A stretch of DNA of 64,000 bases from an uncultured Lentisphaerota bacterium (GTDB lineage: Bacteria; Verrucomicrobiota; Kiritimatiellia; RFP12; UBA1067). The position numbers and the translations under genes are program-made. Shown here piece after piece: positions 26,960 through 35,800 of this stretch; position 1 is the first letter of the stretch; every line of letters starts with the position of its first letter. The notes beneath the pieces are model-generated. The model saw only the letters and a program-made list of their open reading frames with translations, did not search any database and had not been told where the DNA came from. The stretch spans positions 41 through 64,040 of the forward strand of contig ONVK01000005.1 of the NCBI GenBank assembly GCA_900321255.1. Direction: 5' to 3'.

Positions 26960-29019
26960 GCTCGAACGGATTGCCGTGGACATTCTACCTGATCACGACA
27001 ACCGTTCCGACATCCGCACCGAACAGATATTCGCAATCGCTCTTTCTGCGAAGCTTTCCATTTGGTAGAGCCGGCAAGCTTACCCTCAAAAGCCAGCGTG
27101 GGTTCGCCATTCACACGCAGAGCCGCAAACGCCGTGACCGCCTTGCAGTGCTTGTACGCCGCCAAGTTCTCAGGATCCGTAATCGTGAACGTCGCACCGG
27201 GCTCGAATGTAAGGTTGCCGTCAACATCTGCATGTTTGCCCGCGAACAGGTCTGCGCACGAGGCGCGTAGCGAGTTCGTCACCGTGATGTCGCACCCCGG
27301 CACGCTGCCGGCGCCACTGAAGGAGGAGAGGAAGAGCGGCGCTGGGTTCGCGAACCGCAACGTCGCGCCATACGCGACGCGGACGGACGTGTTGCTCGGC
27401 ACGACGCCGTCCGTTTCGGCGTAGAGCGTGCCCGATTCGACCGCGATGCCGTAGAACGTGTTGGTGGCGTATAGATGGAGATCGTGCTCACCACGCTTCA
27501 CGAGTTCACCGCCAAGACACGCGTTGTCCGAGAGCGTAAGCGCGCATTCCCAGCGCGTGGTGCGGTCGGGACTCTCCACGTACGCCTTCGCGTTGTCGCT
27601 GTAGTCGCAGCCGCGCGAAGTGAGGACGACGCGCGTGTGCTTCTTCGTGGCGAAGTCGTATTCAGCGTACGCGCTCGCGCCCCAGCCGGCCTCGTCCTCG
27701 AACACGATGCGCGCGGGGCCGATGTAGTTGGCCGTCGTGTAGTCTCCCTCGGTCGGCAGCGTGATGGACTCCACGCCCTTTCCTGTCGGTGCCGCAAACG
27801 AGAACGGCATGTGGCTCGCGGGGTCGTTTCCAGTGGATTCCGACGTGTCAATGACAAGACCCTTCTTCCAGATCACAAAATGACTGGGATTAGCCGTGTA
27901 GTAGTTCGCATCGTTCTGCGAACCGTTGGTCCAGTCGTAACCCATCGTCGGCATTAGCGTTCCGCCGTCGGCGTTGACGACAATGCGCGAAGCCGCGCCG
28001 GCGGCCCTGTGCTTGAAGAAGCGCGCCGCCTTTACCATTGCGCCATCCTTCACGTTGAAAATATTCGTGGAAACGGTTCCGCCGCCACCTCCGAAGCGCA
28101 GCGTCTCGGTCGCGAGCAAAGTTCCATCGCCCGACACCGTGACGTCGGAAGAACCGCCGTAGTCACTGAGATAAAAACGCTCGCTCTGTCCGCCCTGCGC
28201 GACACGTGTGTCGTTCGTGCCGCCGCTCACGTGGAACACGGCCGAACCGCCGCGGCCGACACTTAGTTTTCCGTTGTCCAGCTTGAAGAACCCGCCCGTC
28301 TGGATAAAGCTGCCGAAACTGCCGGCAACCTTCGCGACATAGACGTCATTGCTCGCATACGCTTCACCGCCCGACATGACCCAATGCGCGGTGCTCGACG
28401 CAGTAGGTCCGATTTCGGTCTTGCCGCCCACGCCAAGAACGCCGCCGGCCTGGTGGAAGACACCATAGTTGCTGTCAGGGCCTACGTAAATCGCATTGAA
28501 TAGCGCATGCCCGTCGCCGACCATCGACCTACTTCCGCCTTTCAGGACGAACGAATTGCCGAACACGCGCGAAGCCGTACTGGTCATGGCCAGAAGCCCC
28601 TGGTCAATCTGCACTGGGCGCGGAAGTTCGACGGCACCGTTCACGTAGAGCGTGCCCGACCCCTGTTTCCGGAAGATTTGCGACGAACCGGTCCCGCTGC
28701 CGGCCAGGGTTCCGTTGAGGTAGTGTACGTTCTGCCCTACGGTTACGAAATAGAGCGCGCCTTCCTCGATCACCACGTCGCCGGCATACTCAAGAGTCGT
28801 CGTCCACAGCTCCACCTTGCCGGCGCCCCTCTTAACGACTCGCGAATAGCCGTCAATCGCCGCTTCGACTTTGTATGATTCATCCGACTCGGCCGAGACA
28901 ACGTAATCCGCCCCGTCCGGACCAGCGCTGCCGGCAAACGTAGAAACCGGCGCTCCCGCCATGACCACCGCGCCAAGCGCCGCCAACATTACAATTCGCC
29001 TAGAATATCCTGCCATCAT
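26956..29019 (-). CDS. Autotransporter-associated beta-strand repeat (PATR) protein, secreted
   Basis: 687 aa with a signal peptide (...AGAPVSTFA). It has repeated segments such as VKRGAGKVELWTTTLEYAGDVVIEEGALY, QGSGTLYVNG and LVKRGEHDLHLYATNTFYGIAVESGTLY. A GAGGTG SD precedes the ATG. Confidence 0.7.
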   Translation of the reverse strand: MMAGYSRRIVMLAALGAVVMAGAPVSTFAGSAGPDGADYVVSAESDESYKVEAAIDGYSRVVKRGAGKVELWTTTLEYAGDVVIEEGALYFVTVGQNVHYLNGTLAGSGTGSSQIFRKQGSGTLYVNGAVELPRPVQIDQGLLAMTSTASRVFGNSFVLKGGSRSMVGDGHALFNAIYVGPDSNYGVFHQAGGVLGVGGKTEIGPTASSTAHWVMSGGEAYASNDVYVAKVAGSFGSFIQTGGFFKLDNGKLSVGRGGSAVFHVSGGTNDTRVAQGGQSERFYLSDYGGSSDVTVSGDGTLLATETLRFGGGGGTVSTNIFNVKDGAMVKAARFFKHRAAGAASRIVVNADGGTLMPTMGYDWTNGSQNDANYYTANPSHFVIWKKGLVIDTSESTGNDPASHMPFSFAAPTGKGVESITLPTEGDYTTANYIGPARIVFEDEAGWGASAYAEYDFATKKHTRVVLTSRGCDYSDNAKAYVESPDRTTRWECALTLSDNACLGGELVKRGEHDLHLYATNTFYGIAVESGTLYAETDGVVPSNTSVRVAYGATLRFANPAPLFLSSFSGAGSVPGCDITVTNSLRASCADLFAGKHADVDGNLTFEPGATFTITDPENLAAYKHCKAVTAFAALRVNGEPTLAFEGKLAGSTKWKASQKERLRISVRCGCRNGCRDQVECPRQSVRA

Positions 29020-29054
29020 GGGTTCACCTCTTCTTTCTGGGATTTTCCGATGGC

Positions 29055-29099
29055 ATTATAACAACATGCCAAATCTGGCTCAACTACCCACCTGGGTAG
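29055..29099 (-). promoter_or_regulatory. Operator + promoter of the PATR-protein operon
   Basis: The minus strand reads CTACCCAGGTGGGTAG-TTGAGC-17 nt-TATAAT. The palindrome lies at 29084-29099. Confidence 0.65.
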
Positions 29100-29104
29100 C
29101 CAAC

Positions 29105-32100
29105 TTACTTGGACTCGACGGAAATCCGCACGCCAAACGCATCGCCGGCGCGAATTGGCGCCGTCAAATAGGCGCAGAGGACGCCTCCGATTGGCGAAAA
29201 AGCACGGTCACCGCGATCTGTTTTTGCAAGTTCAAACGGCAATTCGGATTCAATCATGACGACCGAGCTGCCCTTTTCGATTCGAACGCACCCATTTCCA
29301 ATTTCGACACGGTCGGTATTGAGGGCGACTACGGGGAGGATGAAGCGCGCGTCTACGTCGCATTTACCACAAAGCGAAAACACTTTTTCGTCAACGCGCG
29401 AAACAAGTTCGTATGCAGCTCCGCGGCTACCTCGCTTTCCCGTAAGCTGTCCGCGCGCGCTGCACACAACTGCATTGGAAACGCATGCTGCCTTCATTGC
29501 GACGTCTACATCACGCGCAGAACTGGACATATCGCCCGCCTCTATGCGCGGCATCATAGAAAGAACGGTGCGTTCATGGCGAAGATCCTGAAGATTCCTT
29601 GCTTCGATGATGCTGTAGTCCGCCATCGTGCCGACGATCAGCGGACCGACAGCTTCGTGCCAGAGCAGGGAAGGCCCGCCGCCGGAAACTCGATGTCCGA
29701 CCATGCCCTGCACGAAGGAGTCGCCGCCGGCAAATGTGGCGCGCCATGGGCCGACCGCGGCAAGCTCTACGCCTATTGAGGGGAAAGACTTTAGGCCATA
29801 GCAATTTTCGCGCGGCAGACGCGCATCAGCGCCCTTCCTGGGAATAGAGCCGCCACGAAGAACGTCGACAATTGACTTTATATGCGCGAACGAATGGTGT
29901 ACGCACGCCGGCTCGTCGGCCGCCTCGTACTGCACACCGCCCGCCAAGAGGCCAGCAGAATTAGTGCATCGCCTGAACAGTTCAAGATAACGTTCCATCG
30001 CCCTGCCCGCCCATGGAACGCCTGCCTTCGCAAGTGCGGCAAGAACCGGCAGCATGCCGTCTGAAGTGCGGCTGCCGTAGTACGTCCATTTCGGACTCCT
30101 GCTTCCGAACGAGTCGTCTATGCCGCCGTCTGGAAGAATGAACTCGGCATGCGCGATAGCCGAGGCAAGGACTGCATCCTTCATCTTCGCGTCGCCGCAC
30201 ATCTCTGCATATGCGAGAAGCGACGGCAGCGTCTCTTCAAGATTGTAGCCAAGATCGACATACGCATGCCCGTGCGGAGAACGCTTGCTCATAGGCGCAC
30301 CTTCTCCCGTGACAAGGCCGTCAGGCAGGAACTGCGCCATCAACTTCTCGGACATGGCCTTTGCGCGCGCAGTCTTGTCGTCGTCTTTCAGCACCACCCC
30401 GGCAAGAGCCATTGCCTCGCAAAAAGCCGCAGGGTAGTTCACGTTGGTTGTATTCACGAACTTGTCGTCGAACCTTTCGACCACAAAATCTGTCTCGCGC
30501 TTGAAAATCTCGCTCCATCGGCTGTGCAAGTCTTGCGGCAAGTGTTCGCCGTAGTAAAGGAGCGTCTTGCCAATGGCGATTTGCGCAAACACGGTAGTGC
30601 CCCACCACAGGGTCTGGTAGTCGTTGTAAACTCCACCATCTTCTCTAAGCATCGTCGCCTCAGACCATTCGACTGCCTTCTCCGCCGCCGCAAGGTACTT
30701 CTTGTCTCCGGTAGTGGACCAACGATAGACAAGCGGATAGACGAGGTCGCATACTCGGCCATGCATGACGCCGCATGCAGGGCACGCGATTCCGCCGTCA
30801 ATCATCTTGTCGCCCGTACCCGAAATCTGACGAGCAAGAAGCGCATCGCACCACGTGGCGAAAAGACTTTCCGCAGAAGAGCGGCCTGCGGATGCATCTT
30901 CCATTTTCTTGATCTTCATCCAGACGAAACCGAGTTTCTCATGGACCGCGACTTTCAAAATCCCGTCTTCGATTCTCGCTTCACCGCGCCCGCCGATGAC
31001 AATCGGCTCCAGACCTTCAACATTCAAGTAGTCTGACAGCGGCAAAGAAAACTCTTCGCTTGCGTCAAGTTCGCGGAAAAGAAGCGCCGTCCCTGCCGAT
31101 CCATCTTTGGCCGCCGATACGAAACCCGTCCAAGCGAGGCCATCTGGAGCGCTGCCCACGGGATATATGTAGCCGTCATGGATTGCATCGCGCTCGCGTT
31201 TCCATTGGGCGATAAGCGGCTTCCACGCTGCGACTGTCTCCTGCGAAAGATTCTGTATTTCAAACCAACCGAGAGGAGAGGAATACATCGATATCGCGAA
31301 AATCGCATCGCGCGGCCAGCAAATTGGGGTAAGCGGATCGCCATTGGGATAAAGCCCGCTCTTGCGCTCGGGGTTCAAGACCTCCATCCGCAGGCGCACG
31401 GGATCGACAACGTGAGCGAGGCCCCAAAGATTCCTCAACGTGCGATGAGGCCACCAAAGGCGGACGTCATTCTCCCTGATGTACCTGTTTTCCACGAAAA
31501 CGGGGCCGATTCGGGGGAATGCAAAATATCCGGGACGCCTCCCAGCCGTTACGTCGAGATCTATGGTGATGCGACCATCAGACTCGTCCATCAGCCTGTC
31601 CATCAGCATCGCCTGCCTGGAAAGCGCAAGTGGCGTTGGCGTATGCATGGAATCGAACTTGAAGTAGTCTACGCCGAGATCACGGTGAAGAGACAGAAGG
31701 AAGTCAGCGTCCTTGTTCCAGTTCGCCGCGTCGTTTGAAGAATCAGGCCCGAACCAAAGCCCGAACTTCATGCCTCTCGAACGCGCTTCGCCAATCACTT
31801 TCCCAAGTCCGTTCGGGAACCTGACCGGATCGACATCCCAGAATCCTTCGACCTCCCACCACGAACCCCAGCGCCCTTTTTCGCCGGCGGCGAGACTGGC
31901 GGAATTTGCCGAACGCCCCTTCTGCCAGCCGTCGTCGATTTGTATCACGTCCACGCCAAGCTCAGCCCCAGAGGCGACCTCCGCAAGCAAAAAGCGTTCG
32001 TTGATGCAGGCATCTCTGTTGCCGTCCCCCCAGGTGTTGGAAAGGAAGAGTCCGTCACGACCGGCGACATACGGTCTGAATCTCCTCTGGAAATCCGTGG

Positions 32101-32512
32101 CCGCGCGAATGCGCCCCGCCTTCCCGCCCCGATAGCGGATGCTAACGCCCTGATAGTCGTTTGAAAGAACGGTCACTTTCCTTCCCAGTGGATCCACATG
32201 CCAATCAGGTGAATTGGACGTGCGGGCATGAGGAAGCGGCGCCTTGCGGAAAAAGGCGATCCCTTCTCCAGTAAGCGAGTCCTCGATGAAAAGCGCGGGC
32301 GCAGAGACGTCAAACGGCTTTTCGCAGCGGGAAAGCAGATATTCCTTCTCGAAATAGAGCTCGTCGTGCCTGTCCGTGTCGTCCATCAGCTGGACTTCGA
32401 CAAGACGCGGATGATTCCACGAGTAAGAATAGACTTCACTATCCGCAGCCGCGCATGATAGCGCGCAAGAGATGGCGAGCAAGGCAAGCAGACCTGATGT
32501 TCTGACTGACAT
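29105..32512 (-). CDS. GH36-like alpha-galactosidase fused to a C-terminal alpha-helical, (alpha/alpha)6-barrel-like domain
   Basis: LSNTWGDGNRD...GVDVIQIDDGWQKGR...GMKFGLWFGPDSS...VDYFKFDSMH is clan-D GH36/27-like. The C-terminal roughly 600 aa are helix-rich with W/Y/H motifs. The start at 32512 (MSVRTSG..., signal peptide) was chosen because a TATAAT box directly abuts the earlier ATG at 32539. Confidence 0.65.
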   Translation of the reverse strand: MSVRTSGLLALLAISCALSCAAADSEVYSYSWNHPRLVEVQLMDDTDRHDELYFEKEYLLSRCEKPFDVSAPALFIEDSLTGEGIAFFRKAPLPHARTSNSPDWHVDPLGRKVTVLSNDYQGVSIRYRGGKAGRIRAATDFQRRFRPYVAGRDGLFLSNTWGDGNRDACINERFLLAEVASGAELGVDVIQIDDGWQKGRSANSASLAAGEKGRWGSWWEVEGFWDVDPVRFPNGLGKVIGEARSRGMKFGLWFGPDSSNDAANWNKDADFLLSLHRDLGVDYFKFDSMHTPTPLALSRQAMLMDRLMDESDGRITIDLDVTAGRRPGYFAFPRIGPVFVENRYIRENDVRLWWPHRTLRNLWGLAHVVDPVRLRMEVLNPERKSGLYPNGDPLTPICWPRDAIFAISMYSSPLGWFEIQNLSQETVAAWKPLIAQWKRERDAIHDGYIYPVGSAPDGLAWTGFVSAAKDGSAGTALLFRELDASEEFSLPLSDYLNVEGLEPIVIGGRGEARIEDGILKVAVHEKLGFVWMKIKKMEDASAGRSSAESLFATWCDALLARQISGTGDKMIDGGIACPACGVMHGRVCDLVYPLVYRWSTTGDKKYLAAAEKAVEWSEATMLREDGGVYNDYQTLWWGTTVFAQIAIGKTLLYYGEHLPQDLHSRWSEIFKRETDFVVERFDDKFVNTTNVNYPAAFCEAMALAGVVLKDDDKTARAKAMSEKLMAQFLPDGLVTGEGAPMSKRSPHGHAYVDLGYNLEETLPSLLAYAEMCGDAKMKDAVLASAIAHAEFILPDGGIDDSFGSRSPKWTYYGSRTSDGMLPVLAALAKAGVPWAGRAMERYLELFRRCTNSAGLLAGGVQYEAADEPACVHHSFAHIKSIVDVLRGGSIPRKGADARLPRENCYGLKSFPSIGVELAAVGPWRATFAGGDSFVQGMVGHRVSGGGPSLLWHEAVGPLIVGTMADYSIIEARNLQDLRHERTVLSMMPRIEAGDMSSSARDVDVAMKAACVSNAVVCSARGQLTGKRGSRGAAYELVSRVDEKVFSLCGKCDVDARFILPVVALNTDRVEIGNGCVRIEKGSSVVMIESELPFELAKTDRGDRAFSPIGGVLCAYLTAPIRAGDAFGVRISVESK

Positions 32513-32539
32513 ATAACAGCTCTTTGATTGTTTGAGCAT

Positions 32540-32568
32540 ATTATATAGTTTTCAGGCCAGAACCTCAA
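32540..32568 (-). promoter_or_regulatory. Sigma70-like promoter for 29105-32512 (only a proximal half-operator present)
   Basis: The minus strand reads TTGAGG-17 nt-TATAAT. The 15 nt upstream (TGAGTTGATGGGGAA) keep only the promoter-proximal half-site. Confidence 0.45.
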
Positions 32569-32629
32569 TTCCCCATCAACTCAGCACTCGCTCGGCTCAC
32601 CTCTTCGCCCCACTTGTCTTAATCGGACA

Positions 32630-32878
32630 TTATTCCACTACGATCTGGTAGAAGCAGCTCGGCTCGTTCGCGGCCTTCGGAATCTCGAGCGTCAGGATAC
32701 CGTCTGCCGCAGCGGGATTCGCGAAGTACACGACCGTCGCATCCTTGAGGCCGGCGAGCGTCGTCGACTTCCTGTAGCCGTAGGTGTGCCCTGACGCGGC
32801 GTTGCTGATCGTGATCGACACCTTGTCGGATCCGACTACGATCGGACTTGCAACCCCTTCACCGCCGATCACTGGCGC
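32630..32878 (-). other. Shared C-terminal domain, copy 3 (ends CFYQIVVE)
   Basis: APVIGGEGVASPIVVGSDKVSITISNAASGHTYGYRKSTTLAGLKDATVVYFANPAAADGILTLEIPKAANEPSCFYQIVVE*. Confidence 0.8.
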
Positions 32879-35800
32879 GTCTGGCGCGGCGGCTTCGACA
32901 AAGACCGCCGTCCAGTCGTCCGTCGAATCCGCAAGCGGCGTCTCGTTGTCGAAGCGCGTCGCCTGGAGGGCGTAGCCGCCTTCGTCTGTCCGCTTATCGC
33001 AAAGCCCGAAGTGCAATTCGCCAATCTGGACGGTTGCGCCCGTCTTGTCGGCGATCTTCATGGCGATGCTTCCGTTCGTGATCTTTTCCCATCCGGCAGC
33101 CGCGTAGTCGGCCTGGTCGAGTCGGATGGACGCGAAGCCCGGAAGATCGACGTCTCCAAGGACGACCTTGCACTTGGGCGTGCCGCCCGCCTTCCCGCAG
33201 GACACCTCGACGCCTTCAAGATTCACGACGCCGGACGAGACGTTCGTGATGACGATGAACTCGCCCGAGTCGCCTTTACCATTGAGCGTCGAACCGTAAA
33301 TGGTGTGGAAACGGAGGTTGGCCTGGTCGGGATCGCCGCTGTCAGGCGCGGTCATCAGTACCTGGGTCGTGCCGTCGGCGGCGAAGACCTGCAATATGGC
33401 CGTGTCGGAGAAGGTCGCGTTGCCGACGATCACCTGGTCCGTAAGCGCATCCGCGTGCGTGGCGACATAGGCGCGGCGATCCGCGACGACGTAGATCGCG
33501 TCCTGCGCGTCGCAGACGGTGCCAGCGGGAAGCGTCCACTCGACGGCCGTCTTGAGCACCCATCCGCTCATGTCGACGACCTCGTTGTTCCCATTGGAGA
33601 TCACGACCACGCCGTCGGCGAGACCCGAGAGGTCGGCCGTAATGTTCGGAGCCAGCGTCTCAATCGGGCTCTGCGCCTCGGGGATGCCGGCGTTGAGACG
33701 CGAGCCGTAGCCGACCGTCTTCGCCGTGTTCGTCACGGAGTGCGTCACATAGAGGTGCTCGCGGCGCGGAACGACGTAGTTGTCCCAGATGTCCTGGATA
33801 CCGGCATCCATGCTGGCGGGACGGCTGGACGACGACCACACGTCGATGTTGCTGTCGGTGCCGTTGTTGGGCCACTTGGCCGCGTCGCTTGCGGCGTCAG
33901 CGCGCATCAGGCCAGCCATCTCGCGCATTTTCGCCATGAAGGGAACCTCGCTCTCTGGCGTACCCGGCTCCTTGAGCTCCTGGTCCATCAGCGTCCTGAG
34001 GCGGCGCAGGTAGAGGCGGCGGAACTTCGCGGACTGCCACACAGCCTCGAACCCGTCGTTGCCGTAGTTGATCGTAGTGGACATCGCTGACGACGAATAG
34101 CACCTGACGCGGCTGCCGCCGTAGAACGGGTGCGATTTGAACCAGTCGTTCGTCGCGAAAAGGCCGTTTCCGCCGACGCCGTTGTCGCGGTAATATTGGC
34201 CGAAGCTCAGGTTGAAGTCATAGCCGAGCGGCATCCACGTACCGGTGCCGCGCGCACCCTGGAGCATGTCGGGGTTGTCGTAGTACGCGCAGACGTTGGC
34301 CCACACGTCGTCCATCTCCTGGGTGATGCGCGCGGAGGCGAGGTAGTTGAGCCACGCCGGGAGGTCGAACTTCTCGACGACGAACTTAGTGAGCGCGGCG
34401 TTATCGAGCCCCGTGGACCCTCCGTCCGGCGAACTGGACACCTGCTGCGCCGCAGTTATCTTGGAGCGTAGCTCGTTCTGTAGGACTGTGATGTTCGACT
34501 CGTCCTCGTCGTCAGGAGTCTTCTTCTCGATGCCACCCGCCGTCGTTCCCGATCCGCTCCTCAGCGTGCCGACGTTCTTGTATCCGTAGCCGAACTTGTC
34601 GAGACCGTAGACATCCTCGATAAGCTCGTCGGTGAAGCGCTCGGAGTTGAACGCGAGCTGGTAGAACTCGCCGTTCAGGTTGCAGCGGACGGGGAAGTCG
34701 AAGGGAACGAGGTTCCCCATCTTGCGCCACAGCCAGAAAGCGATCATCTGGCGCATGTAGCTCGGGTCGGCGAACTCGCTGATGAGCGAGGTCTTGCGGA
34801 TCTCCTCGACCGCCTCGCCCGTCACGGCGTCGGTCATCGTCATGGGATGCGACTTGGCGAACCTGAGGCCGTGGCCCTTCTTCGTGAAGCCAGCGGACGT
34901 GTTGCCGCGAAGGTCGATCCGCACGTAGTCGTAGTAGTTGGAGGTCGACGAATCGTAGATGGCGACGCGCGCGTTGTGGGGAACGAGCGAAAGATTCTGC
35001 TTGTCGGCGTCGACGTCCATCTGCATCAGGTGGTTGCCGCTCGCAAACATGTGCCACGTCGGGAGCGTCGCGCTGTTGAGTTCGCCCGGTTCGACGATCG
35101 TGCCGTACCACTCGTAGCCGTCGTCCTTGTTGTTGAAGCTCGGGGAAGTCCACTCCACGCCCTCGCCGTCGGTGATCAGGACCTTCCACTGCATCAGGTG
35201 TCCTGCCGCGGGGAAGTAGCTAGAAGGAATCGTCGCCGTGTACTGGTCGCCCCAGTTGGCGTCCGTCGTCTTCGTGGCAAGGTTCACTTCGTTCGTGACG
35301 AGAGTCGCGTCGTCGAGGTCCTTGCGGTAGACGAACTTGATGGACTGGATCTGGTCCGCCGCACGCGGCGTGAACGTTCCATCGGGGTTCATCACGCCGT
35401 TTATCGGGAGCGTCACCGAATAGTCCTCGCCTGGAACGGCGGGCGGCACGGGGGCCGCAAATTCGCTTGCATATGTCGTCTTTGCCTGTCCCGGCTTCTC
35501 GTAGAGCGGACCGACGTTCGGGCCGATGCGGACGAGTCCAGCAGTCGAGGTGTTCGCCGTGCCGCGCGTAGGCGTCGGGCACATCCAGCGGCGAGTGCCC
35601 TCGCCATCCGCGGCGTCTCCGACGATGATCGACCACCCTTCCGGCAAGTCGCTCGGGATGACGACCGTGTCGACGACGCTTACGATGTTGCTGGCATTGC
35701 TGACCGGCGCGTAGTAGAGGCGCACGTAAGGCGACTTCTTCGGGTTCACCTTGTCGCCCCACACGAGGATGTCGCCGTAGTTCTCGAAAATCATCGGCTT

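Noticed and set aside
26956-27070. A suspected frameshift at the 3' end of the PATR protein. An alternative frame ends ...YLFGADVGTVVVIR*, which looked more protein-like than the Cys/Arg-rich tracked tail.
   Set aside because: The tracked frame ends in an ATGA overlap with the signal-peptide Met of the next gene (26959). That is the same coupling used elsewhere in the locus. Without reads I cannot support a frameshift.
29051-29071. The inverted repeat TGGCAT-N9-ATGCCA as a sigma-54 (-24/-12) promoter.
   Set aside because: The spacing and the -12 element (no TTGC 5 nt after the TGGCA-type element) do not fit. The repeat simply brackets the TATAAT -10 box of the sigma70-type promoter.
11533-32878. 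Whether the shared C-terminal domain is a known sorting signal (T9SS CTD, PEP-CTERM, LPXTG, autotransporter barrel).
   Set aside because: It has no TM helix plus basic tail and no PEP or LPXTG motif. It is far too short for a beta-barrel. Its motif pattern does not match the T9SS CTD consensus I know, so it is kept as an unassigned tag rather than named.
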